Shown one piece after another: positions 9,804 to 18,032 of a stretch of DNA of 64,000 nucleotides; the first letter of the stretch is position 1; each line of letters begins with the position of its first letter. The notes under the pieces are model-generated. The model ran no database searches, was not told where the DNA came from, and saw nothing but the letters and a program-made list of their open reading frames with translations. Position numbers and translations under genes: made by a program. The DNA comes from a virus. Location: IMG/VR virus record IMGVR_UViG_3300046791_000587, positions 7,108 through 71,107 of that record; one strand, written 5' to 3'.

Positions 9804-9821
9804 GCGCGGAATCATCCGCGC
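9804..9821 (+). terminator. GC hairpin after parB-like gene (no U tract)
   Basis: GCGCGGA-ATCA-TCCGCGC. Confidence 0.35.
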
Positions 9822-9908
9822 AAGCGCGACCGGGCACCCTTGGATGATGTGCGCTCGGTCGCGCGTTCTTTTCCGGGCAACGACGACTTGAACAAGAAGG
9901 AGAACACC

Positions 9909-10070
9909 ATGAAGAAGCTCAAGAAGACACGTAGGTTCACACTGGAACGAGAGACCATCCGAACAGTCGGTGCCGATCGGCTGACCCATATTGCCGGCGG
10001 TTCGGCCTGCGACACGGGCTCCTATCCAACCGGCGGCGCCACGAAGGACACCAAGACCGACGCGATCTAG
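9909..10070 (+). CDS. RiPP-precursor-like peptide with double-glycine leader
   Basis: MKKLKK..FTLERETIRTV...LTHIAGG then Ser/Thr/Cys-containing core; strong SD AAGGAG. Confidence 0.7.
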   Translation: MKKLKKTRRFTLERETIRTVGADRLTHIAGGSACDTGSYPTGGATKDTKTDAI

Positions 10071-10136
10071 GCCGCATCGATTCGCGGCGGTCATCCTGCC
10101 TTGAGATCCGGATGGTCCCGTGTGAGGATTCGCCTC

Positions 10137-10460
10137 ATGGGAGCTATCTTGGATCTCTGGAAGAGCGAGCGCGGCCTTGTCGCGGTCGCTCTCATCGCCG
10201 CTGCAACAACGCTCACAGCTTTGGGCACCATCGGTGTCGAGCAGTGGCTCGACTACACGAAGTGGATCTTCGTGACCTACGCCGCCGCCAAGACCGTGAC
10301 TGGCTCGGTGGCGATGGCGACCTCGCAGCCGAAGAGCGACCCGGGGATCTGGCAGCAAGTCGACGCCCTGATCGCCCGCGCTCTGGCCAACTCGCGCGCG
10401 CCCGCGCCGACACCGCCTGCGTCTCCGGTGTCCGTTGTTCCACCTCCGAAGGCAGGGTGA
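10137..10460 (+). CDS. small membrane protein, holin-like candidate A
   Basis: Two hydrophobic segments; paralogous to the next ORF. Confidence 0.55.
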   Translation: MGAILDLWKSERGLVAVALIAAATTLTALGTIGVEQWLDYTKWIFVTYAAAKTVTGSVAMATSQPKSDPGIWQQVDALIARALANSRAPAPTPPASPVSVVPPPKAG

Positions 10461-10463
10461 ATC

Positions 10464-10925
10464 GTGGCCCACATGTTCTTTGGCCTAACCACGGCCGGCG
10501 TGCTTGCGCTCTGCGCGCTGGGCAACCTGCCGCCCGACCAGTTCGTGGATCTGGCGAAGTGGGTGACCATTCTCTACGCAGCCTCCACCACCATGGTGGC
10601 CATCGTGCGCCACATCTGGCCACGACCCGGTAACCCGGCGGAGGTGCTGCCGACCTTCGATTCAAGAGCAGAGGCGCCACCACCGGACGGCGTAGAACTG
10701 GGCCCGTTCGGTTCCCTGGGCGGGGACGTGTTCTCGGAAGCGCTGGGCAACGGACTCCCGCCCAATTACACGAGCATGGTCCGCGACGAGAATGCACCCC
10801 CAGTGACAACAGACGGTGCCGATGGGTCGCCGCTGACGGTCCCGACGGATGGCGCGCCTTTGCTCGGACCGTCGACTGTCGTCGTACTAGGCGATCGGAT
10901 CACCGACCAGCCGACCGAAAGCTAG
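10464..10925 (+). CDS. small membrane protein, holin-like candidate B
   Basis: LGNLPPDQFVDLAKWVTILY aligns with LGTIGVEQWLDYTKWIFVTY of the previous ORF. Confidence 0.55.
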   Translation: MAHMFFGLTTAGVLALCALGNLPPDQFVDLAKWVTILYAASTTMVAIVRHIWPRPGNPAEVLPTFDSRAEAPPPDGVELGPFGSLGGDVFSEALGNGLPPNYTSMVRDENAPPVTTDGADGSPLTVPTDGAPLLGPSTVVVLGDRITDQPTES

Positions 10926-10926
10926 A

Positions 10927-11526
10927 TTGCCGCCCCCCAGGCCCGCGCGGTCGCGCTGCACGTACAAGGAGGGCGCCCGTCGTTGCCCTTACGATGGCAC
11001 GGGTGACCCGCCGCTCTGCGATCCGCACCGGATGGCCTTGGCGGAATTGGCGCGACCCAGGCCCCCGGCGCGCGTGCTACTGGACACCCTGGGGGATTGG
11101 CTGCAGGGGAGACCCATCAACGGCGAGGCGACCATCGGGGCCGCCGAGGCGTTCCTGAACCAGTGGGCGGCGGGCATCGGCGGCAACTACCGGCCCGACA
11201 TCGGCGGGGTTTCAGAGGACGCCGCGCACCGCCGCGCGCAGTCCGGCGCCAGCCGTCCATGGAACTGGAATATCCCACATGCTGGCGGACGTCGGGCGCC
11301 ACATCCGCCCCGACACGATCCTGAGGCCGAGGTCCGCAAGGCGCGCGCGGCGGCGCGGCAGGTCATGGGGTTCGACCAGCAGGAGCCACTGGATGCCGAC
11401 AAGATCAAGGTGCGCCATCGCAAGCTGGTCAAGAAACACCACCCGGATCACGGTGGCTCGACCCAGAAGATGGCGACCATCAACACGGCCCGAGATGTGC
11501 TGATGGAGGAGTTGGGCCTCGGCTAG
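10927..11526 (+). CDS. second J-domain protein with N-terminal C-C-C-H Zn finger
   Basis: HRKLVKKHHPDHGGSTQKMATINTARDVL. Confidence 0.85.
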   Translation: MPPPRPARSRCTYKEGARRCPYDGTGDPPLCDPHRMALAELARPRPPARVLLDTLGDWLQGRPINGEATIGAAEAFLNQWAAGIGGNYRPDIGGVSEDAAHRRAQSGASRPWNWNIPHAGGRRAPHPPRHDPEAEVRKARAAARQVMGFDQQEPLDADKIKVRHRKLVKKHHPDHGGSTQKMATINTARDVLMEELGLG

Positions 11527-11597
11527 GTGAGCTTGCAGCAGGCGAACTTCGAGGTCTGACAGGACTCCGCCGTGCTCCCGTTGGTCTGCGGTGGAGC

Positions 11598-12497
11598 ATG
11601 CGGGTTCTCGGATCCGCCGATGATTCGGAGGTGCTCGAGCTTGAGGATGAGCGGTTCGCGGATGGTCCTGACGGGTCGGTGATGTTTCATGCGGCGCCTG
11701 CGTATCTCAGCCAGCGACTTCCGTCAACCTTGCGAGGCCCATGGTTGCCGCGTACGCTTCGGCGCGTGGCGACCGATCCGAACTTCGATGCCGACGTAAT
11801 CCGGGCCAGGGCGATCTATGATCAGCTTGCGGTCTGGATCGACCGCTACCGCGGCGGTCTGCCCGGGGGCTGGATGGCCTCGATCATCTTGCATGAGAGC
11901 GGCGGGAACTTCGGGGCCCCCGGAGACCCCTCGCTCGGCGAAGTCGGCTACATGCAGGTCGCGGCGTACGTGCCGCCGCTATTCGGCTATGACGCGGGCG
12001 CTCGCTCGGACCCCGAAAGCAACATCGCCATCGGGGTGCTTGAGTACGAATACGAGGCCGTGCTCTGGATGCTCGCATTCCCCGAAGCCATCCTGGGCAC
12101 GGACGATTCATGGAAGCTCGCGCGGCTCGCCTTCGCCGTGGGGCGTGCGGGGTCGCATCAGCTCGCTCAGCTTGCCCAGGTGGCGCTCGGAGGGCTCACG
12201 ACCGGAGACGTCTACCACGACATCGCCAAGTGGACCGCGTCCACCGGAGCAGTACCGCTGGGCAGCCAGACCGCAGCGAAGGTCGCCGCCCGCGTGCTGG
12301 ACATCGACCGGCAGTGGGCCATCGGCCAGGCGGTCTCCTCGGGGCTCAGCGGTCTCCCGACCCTCATCCCCGATCCCCCGGCGGGCCCCTACACCATCCC
12401 AGCGGATGCGGAGCCCTACTTCACGGAGCCGGTTTCTGGTAGTCTGATGATCACTCTCGGTGCTCTCGTTCTGGGGTACCTGATCTTCACGAGGTGA
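11598..12497 (+). CDS. lytic transglycosylase (SLT/lysozyme-like fold) with C-terminal membrane anchor
   Basis: SIILHESGGN catalytic ES motif, GYMQV, NIAIG; terminal TM SLMITLGALVLGYLIFTR. Confidence 0.75.
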   Translation: MRVLGSADDSEVLELEDERFADGPDGSVMFHAAPAYLSQRLPSTLRGPWLPRTLRRVATDPNFDADVIRARAIYDQLAVWIDRYRGGLPGGWMASIILHESGGNFGAPGDPSLGEVGYMQVAAYVPPLFGYDAGARSDPESNIAIGVLEYEYEAVLWMLAFPEAILGTDDSWKLARLAFAVGRAGSHQLAQLAQVALGGLTTGDVYHDIAKWTASTGAVPLGSQTAAKVAARVLDIDRQWAIGQAVSSGLSGLPTLIPDPPAGPYTIPADAEPYFTEPVSGSLMITLGALVLGYLIFTR

Positions 12498-12982
12498 ACG
12501 TGGCAGCACCACCCAGAGCTCCAGTCATCGGCGGCGGCAAACTCTCGCCGGTCTCCCTGAATCCTTCGGTGGCGCAGGTCCATGCGCCGGCGGCGGTCAC
12601 CGGGGGCGCCGAGAACCGGATCGAGACATCCACCTACCTGACGAAGATCGGGGAGACGCAGGTCCTGTACAACGGCGACCGGATGTGGGCCAAGGTGACG
12701 CTGACGCTGAAGACGGCGGGTCCGGTGGCCGTCGGGCAGCACGCCAACCTGACACCCGTCCTCTCGGGTCGAGGCCAGCTCCTGCAAACGGGGGTTCCTC
12801 TCGTCTTCAATGTGGCCAAGGGCAACCGGCTCTACATCGCGGCGACCGCCGTGAACCCGGTCAGCGTCGTCGTGGAGGCCTACCCGTGGCTCGAGACGAT
12901 CACGGGTCTGGCTGGCGCAGCCTCGGGTGTCGTCCCGACCGCGGCCGTCGCCATGCTTTCCACTGGAAAGGCTGGTCGATAG
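12494..12982 (+). CDS. beta-rich candidate virion protein
   Basis: Alternating beta-strand pattern; coupled to SLT (GTGA overlap). Confidence 0.5.
   Translation: MNVAAPPRAPVIGGGKLSPVSLNPSVAQVHAPAAVTGGAENRIETSTYLTKIGETQVLYNGDRMWAKVTLTLKTAGPVAVGQHANLTPVLSGRGQLLQTGVPLVFNVAKGNRLYIAATAVNPVSVVVEAYPWLETITGLAGAASGVVPTAAVAMLSTGKAGR
12956..12970. promoter_or_regulatory. CTTTCCACTGGAAAG palindrome (parS-like candidate)
   Basis: Perfect 15-bp odd palindrome, recurrent in the window. Confidence 0.6.
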
Positions 12983-13771
12983 ATGTCCTTCCCCCAACCG
13001 AAGGCCACGCCGTACGCGGTCAACAACTACGGCTTTTTCCGGCTGAACACCCCTCTCTCCTCGCCGGGCGACATCTACGAGTCGGACCAGAGCGGCCACG
13101 CTTTCTGTGTGGGCCCCAACTCGGACATCGCGAACGTCAACATGGCGTACTTCGATGACCAGGTCCCGACGTTCATGCAGTTCATGACGATCTCGCCGAC
13201 CCGGTCGTTCGCCGGCCTCATCAACGCGCGCAACGAGGCCCAGTTCTCGCCCGCCCAACGCCCCGGGCGCATCCTGTTCTGGTCGGATGACATCTATGAC
13301 CCGAACTTCCGGCCGAGAGCCTTCAACGCGACGACCGATGCGATCCAGTTCGTCCCGCCGCTCCTGGATGTGATCCAGTATTTCACTCCGCTGGCCTCGG
13401 TCGTCCCGGCCAGAATCAACAAGGAGTTCGTCTTCCAGAACTACGTTGTGCCGAGCGGGGGCACGCTCTACATCGTCGTGCCCTATTACGGCCGACGCTA
13501 CGCCTTCGTGAACTTCACGAATCGCAACAATGTTCAGAACAACACGATCGGCATCATCGGCGTGAACTACGCCATCACGGACGACACCAGCCCGAATCCC
13601 TTCCATCAGGAAACGACGATTCTGGTGCCAACGCTGCTAGCGCCGAACGCCTCGATCAGGAGGATCATCCGGGCCACGGCTGACGGTATGTTCGACGCGC
13701 TGGTGTTCTCGCTGACGAACGGCGGGCCCGCGCCGCTCCGCATCGACGTCGCAGACCAGGACGAGTCATGA
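12983..13771 (+). CDS. beta-rich candidate virion protein (possibly two beta-sandwich domains)
   Basis: Aromatic/Asn/Thr-rich beta pattern; abuts upstream stop. Confidence 0.55.
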   Translation: MSFPQPKATPYAVNNYGFFRLNTPLSSPGDIYESDQSGHAFCVGPNSDIANVNMAYFDDQVPTFMQFMTISPTRSFAGLINARNEAQFSPAQRPGRILFWSDDIYDPNFRPRAFNATTDAIQFVPPLLDVIQYFTPLASVVPARINKEFVFQNYVVPSGGTLYIVVPYYGRRYAFVNFTNRNNVQNNTIGIIGVNYAITDDTSPNPFHQETTILVPTLLAPNASIRRIIRATADGMFDALVFSLTNGGPAPLRIDVADQDES

Positions 13772-14121
13772 CCGCCGCTCTGACACTGGCGGCGGCCGCC
13801 GGACAGGCGTACGACAACCTGGCCTTGCGCTCCATCGCGAATCAGGCCAAGACGCGCCTCGCCATCTTCTGTTCCCAGAACCTGCCGCTCTTCCCAGAAT
13901 CCCAGATCGCGGCGCACCCGGTGAGCAACTGGCTGACCGTACTCTCGGCGATCACCGATCTGTTGCCGACCGCCAACATCACACTCACTCAACTCACGAG
14001 CGCGAGCCAGGCGCTCTATCGCCTCTGCTGGATGGCGGACTTTCTGCAGAACAGCGGCGGCATCACGGTCTCGCAGGGGAACACCCTCCTGGCCAGCTAC
14101 AACACCATCATCGGTTTCTAG
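13768..14121 (+). CDS. helical hypothetical protein (candidate virion)
   Basis: ATGA overlap; last gene of the + operon. Confidence 0.55.
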   Translation: MTAALTLAAAAGQAYDNLALRSIANQAKTRLAIFCSQNLPLFPESQIAAHPVSNWLTVLSAITDLLPTANITLTQLTSASQALYRLCWMADFLQNSGGITVSQGNTLLASYNTIIGF

Positions 14122-14122
14122 A

Positions 14123-14710
14123 TTACCGCCTGACAAGTCGTCGGATGATGTCCTGGAAATTCGCGTTGTAGAGCGCGTTCGGGCTCCGGCGCTGTCGCAC
14201 GCGGTGGATGATCTCGTCGGCCGTCATCTTGGTAGCGCGCGCGAGCGCCAGACTTGCGATCAGCGCCGATCTGTTGAGACCGGCCGCGCAGGTGACCAGC
14301 ACGCGCCGTCCCGCCACAAGCGCGTTGCCGACCTCCATGGCGGCCAGGACTGCGCGCGTCAACTCCTGATGGTCGAGCGCTCCGTCCGGGATGGGGCAGC
14401 GCAGCACTCGACCATGGAAGGCGAGCTCGCTCGGCTGGAGTTCCTGGGCGCTCAGGACCAGGAGATCGAAGTCAGGCAGATCGCGGTCGAACGGCGGCTT
14501 GCCGCCTACCCACAGCCTCGTGGCCACGTTGGACGCATCGAGTCGCTGTTCCGAGTGCGCCGCCATCCTCTGCCTCCGACGCTCGGCTGATAGCCAGCCC
14601 CCCCGTTGCGCGGCCGGCGCCATCTCGTGGGCCCGGCAGAACACGCTACCGGGTTGCCTTGCTGCCCCACAGGGGGACCGATCGGCCCCTGGGGCGACAC
14701 ACCCGTTCAT
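14123..14710 (-). CDS. dual-specificity protein phosphatase (PTP superfamily)
   Basis: VLVTCAAGLNRS CX5R loop; LWVGG; PIPDG general-acid loop. Confidence 0.85.
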   Translation of the reverse strand: MNGCVAPGADRSPCGAARQPGSVFCRAHEMAPAAQRGGWLSAERRRQRMAAHSEQRLDASNVATRLWVGGKPPFDRDLPDFDLLVLSAQELQPSELAFHGRVLRCPIPDGALDHQELTRAVLAAMEVGNALVAGRRVLVTCAAGLNRSALIASLALARATKMTADEIIHRVRQRRSPNALYNANFQDIIRRLVRR

Positions 14711-14716
14711 CGAGAA

Positions 14717-15082
14717 TCAGCGATGACGACGCCTGGAATCGAGCCCTCCGACCGGGTAGGGCAGACGACCGGCCGTGCGCTCCACCTTCAGCTTTTCGAG
14801 ATGGATCAGGGCGAGCTCCACCATGGCCGCGAACGAAGCGTTCAGTCCCTCGGGGATGAACGCGGTCTTGTTGACGTCCACCATGCCCGTTTCTCGATTG
14901 GTGCGGTCGAACTCTCGGTGAATCGCGAACGTGATCTTGCCGTCCCACCGGCACTGTGAGAACACCGCGACCAGGCGGTCGGAGTTCCGAAGGGGTGGAT
15001 CCAGGTCGGTCCACTTGTCCTTCGGTGTGGTGTCAGGCGGCATCTCCTCGGCGATCGCGGTTGTAGATCTCGATGGTGGCAT
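14717..15082 (-). CDS. hypothetical protein, possibly PC4-like nucleic-acid binder
   Basis: Beta-beta-beta-helix pattern; weak. Confidence 0.45.
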   Translation of the reverse strand: MPPSRSTTAIAEEMPPDTTPKDKWTDLDPPLRNSDRLVAVFSQCRWDGKITFAIHREFDRTNRETGMVDVNKTAFIPEGLNASFAAMVELALIHLEKLKVERTAGRLPYPVGGLDSRRRHR

Positions 15083-15362
15083 CTGCGTCAGGGTACCTAA
15101 TCCGGACGAGTGGGTCCACCCTAGGAGTGGCGGTGATGCGATATGCTACACACTAGGGGTAGCGCGGCGGGAACATGGCCCGTTGGGGCGTCATCTCGTG
15201 CTAGCCTGCGTCGGTCGGCTAGCCACAAGGCGATGCACAACAAATCGTCGATCGATGCTCACCCCGGTATCGTACCCGGGCCCCATGCGAACGGTCGATT
15301 GACGGCCTGCACCCTTGACCGGGATCGTGACCAGCCGGCGTTACCCCACAAGGAGCTTTGAG

Positions 15363-15629
15363 ATGCCGCGACTTCATGCTGTCTGGAATCGGGATGACCA
15401 GACCCAGGAATTGACCAAGCTGACCGTATTCGAGTCGAACGTCTTCACCCGAGCGCCCCGAGAGCTCAGGCTTGAGCGAAAGGGTGACCTCATGGCGGTC
15501 ACCATCCACGACCAGGACTCGATGATCTTGATCGTTCTGCTGGACAAGGAAGGCTTCGAGGCGCTCTGCGAACGCGCCGAGGAATTCCGGCGTCAGTGGT
15601 CGACCGATGGCCAGGAAGTCCCGACATGA
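15363..15629 (+). CDS. hypothetical protein
   Basis: SD AAGGAG; ATGA overlap downstream. Confidence 0.55.
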   Translation: MPRLHAVWNRDDQTQELTKLTVFESNVFTRAPRELRLERKGDLMAVTIHDQDSMILIVLLDKEGFEALCERAEEFRRQWSTDGQEVPT

Positions 15630-15826
15630 GGAAGCACGTCTCGATCACGGCTGCGACCTACGAACGGCTCAAGGACTACTGCGACAGGACCGGGCGCTCG
15701 ATGTCCAGCGTTGTCGACGAGGCCACCGCTAGTTGCGGAGCGGTTGTCGAGACTCACTCGAGCAGTCCAGAGACCAGTCCGGCTCCGATCTCGTCGAGTT
15801 CATCCTGTGACACGGCATCGACGTAA
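15626..15826 (+). CDS. ribbon-helix-helix (CopG/Arc-like) regulator
   Basis: MRKHVSITAATYERLKDYCDRTGRSMSSVVDEA. Confidence 0.7.
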   Translation: MRKHVSITAATYERLKDYCDRTGRSMSSVVDEATASCGAVVETHSSSPETSPAPISSSSSCDTAST

Positions 15827-16602
15827 CGAGCGGCAGTGTTCATGGACTCCCACCCCATGAACTTCTGCAACTTGATGATGGCGTTGGGGTCCCCGCGGAG
15901 TTGCTCGAGGTAGCGCGTCGCGAAGGTGTGCCGGAACCTGTGGGGGTTCATGTCGGGGATGCCCACCTCCTCGGCCGCCGTCCGCGCCGCCCGCCAGACC
16001 TTGACGCTCGCGACCTTGGGGTTGTCGGACTTGGCGATAAGGTCCCGCACCCGATCCCATCCCTTGATCTGGGCGAGCGTCTGGAGTTGAGGACGAAACG
16101 GTCCCGCGGAGAACTCTATCCGCTTCCGCCCCTTCCCCTCGTAGACCAACTTGCCAGTGTCAAGCGCGCGCGTCACCTCGGTGCGGCGCAAGCGGAGGAC
16201 GTCGCCCGACCGGAATCCGCGGATCGCCATGATGAGCAACACCTGCCGCATGGCCTCTGATGGCATCTTGCAGGTCTTCAGGTGCCGGATGAGTTGCCGG
16301 AGGACGTCGACCGCCAGCGGTTGCTTGGTGTGGATGCGGCGCGCCGGCGGCAAGCGGATGTCCCCCAGACGCTTGCTGAGCTTGGGGTCCTCGATGAACA
16401 ACGCCCAGGACCTGAGCGCGGCGAGGTTGGTGCGGAGCGTGTTCGGGGCAAGGTCACCGGCGACCAGGCGGTGGGTGAGCCCCTTGGCGTCAGCCGCGCA
16501 GCTGCGGAGGTTCGTGATGTAAGCCTCCGCCGTGCCCTCTGCGCGTCCTCTCTCCAGTAGCCACGCCTTGAACTTGCCCAGGTTTCGATCGTTGATCTCC
16601 AT
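15754..16602 (-). CDS. tyrosine recombinase (Xer/integrase family)
   Basis: GFRSGDV (Arg), PHRFRHTFAT (HxxR), MGW, TAARY (Tyr); start chosen at MEINDRN. Confidence 0.9.
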   Translation of the reverse strand: MEINDRNLGKFKAWLLERGRAEGTAEAYITNLRSCAADAKGLTHRLVAGDLAPNTLRTNLAALRSWALFIEDPKLSKRLGDIRLPPARRIHTKQPLAVDVLRQLIRHLKTCKMPSEAMRQVLLIMAIRGFRSGDVLRLRRTEVTRALDTGKLVYEGKGRKRIEFSAGPFRPQLQTLAQIKGWDRVRDLIAKSDNPKVASVKVWRAARTAAEEVGIPDMNPHRFRHTFATRYLEQLRGDPNAIIKLQKFMGWESMNTAARYVDAVSQDELDEIGAGLVSGLLE

Positions 16603-16624
16603 CGCGTGGCTGTAGGATACCACC

Positions 16625-17377
16625 ATGCGCCGCGCCACCCGCATGGTCCCGAATCCACCCTGGGCCACCAGCATCATCGCTAACACGTACGAAGGCCTCC
16701 AGGGAATGGGGGTGCCGGCGCGCTGGCTTCCGAAGCTAAACGACCTCGCTCCCGTCGGAGAACATGGCGTCGAGGCCAGCATCAAGGAGTACGGATGCGG
16801 AGCATACGGATGCGTCTACCCCACCCTCGATGACAAGGTGGTACTGAAGCTGACGGCCGACGACACCGAGGCCGAGTTCGCGGCCGAGTTGGCGCCGTCG
16901 CTCGAGCGTCCTATCTGCGTGCGCTACTACACCGTCATTCGACCCGATGGAGCCCTCGACGAGAAGGGCGCCCAGATCTACCTGCTCTGGCGCGAGAGCG
17001 CGGATCATGTGGGCAATATCGGCGAGGTGCTCGACGCCCAGACCGGCGACGCCACAGCCGGCGACCGCGCGCTTGAACTCATCGGTGCTCAGCATGAGGC
17101 GGCCCAGGCTGCCTATGCGGCACTCCATGGGGGTCGCTCGCCCGATACCACTCATCAACTGATAGTGACGTGGCTCGAGGCATGCGAGGCGATGGCTCGT
17201 CAAACGGCGGTCCCCGAGCTACGTGAGTTAGGCGATGGACTTGTCGAGGTCTACAGCGCCCAGCGCGTCCTCTTCGGTGACATCCATGTCGGCAACCTTG
17301 GTCTTGTCCATCGGTCCGACGGGGATCACTGGGTGATCACGGACCCCGGCCATGTAGCGGTGGTCGTCAACCTGTAG
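16625..17377 (+). CDS. protein-kinase-like (ePK/APH fold) protein
   Basis: YGCGAYGCVY Gly loop, VLKLT Lys, GDIHVGN catalytic loop, ITDPG. Confidence 0.8.
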   Translation: MRRATRMVPNPPWATSIIANTYEGLQGMGVPARWLPKLNDLAPVGEHGVEASIKEYGCGAYGCVYPTLDDKVVLKLTADDTEAEFAAELAPSLERPICVRYYTVIRPDGALDEKGAQIYLLWRESADHVGNIGEVLDAQTGDATAGDRALELIGAQHEAAQAAYAALHGGRSPDTTHQLIVTWLEACEAMARQTAVPELRELGDGLVEVYSAQRVLFGDIHVGNLGLVHRSDGDHWVITDPGHVAVVVNL

Positions 17378-17603
17378 CGTGGCACCTGTCGAGGCACGCT
17401 AGATGTGGCGCTGTCCGCCTGTCCAGCGTGCAGCATAACGCACCCACGACGAGGACGGTGCACGATCTTGCCAGGGAGTGGCGTAGGGTAGATGCCCATG
17501 TGGCGAATGCATGTGCTCGCTGAGTTCCTCTACTGGTGGGGGCTGTTGGAGGTCGGGTTGGCCATGATCGATGGTTCGTACTACAGGGAGGGGTCGATCT
17601 ACG

Positions 17604-18032
17604 ATGATCGGAACTTCCCAGAGCCGCACGATGGGAGCAACGGTGTCGACTGACGTCATTGATCTGCTGCCCCTCATCCGGCGCAAGCGGCAGTTGGTTT
17701 GCCCGCATCAACACACGGAGGTCGGCGACGAAGGCGACGCTTCCCTCACCTGTTCTGACTGTGACGCCAAGCTCGACCCCTGGTGGTACATCAGGCGGCT
17801 TGCTGACTGGGAGTCCAAACTCAAGGAGCGACATCAAGAATACACCGCAGCCTGCGATACCAAAATGAAGGAGACCAACGAGATCATCGAGCGACAGAAC
17901 GAGACGATCACGCGGCTCAACGCCGAAATCTCCCGCCTTACCGACGTAAAAAACCAACTCAGCAATGAGCGTGTCGGCGATCGACTCTTGGGGCACGCTG
18001 CTGCTCGGCCCCGGCGACCGAGGAAGCGATGA
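17604..18032 (+). CDS. Zn-ribbon plus coiled-coil protein
   Basis: CPH...CSDC, then heptads; GGGAGG upstream. Confidence 0.55.
   Translation: MIGTSQSRTMGATVSTDVIDLLPLIRRKRQLVCPHQHTEVGDEGDASLTCSDCDAKLDPWWYIRRLADWESKLKERHQEYTAACDTKMKETNEIIERQNETITRLNAEISRLTDVKNQLSNERVGDRLLGHAAARPRRPRKR

Noticed and set aside
15754-15826. Convergent overlap of RHH and recombinase 3' ends as antisense regulation
   Set aside because: Short tail overlaps are common in GC-rich compact genomes; no further support.
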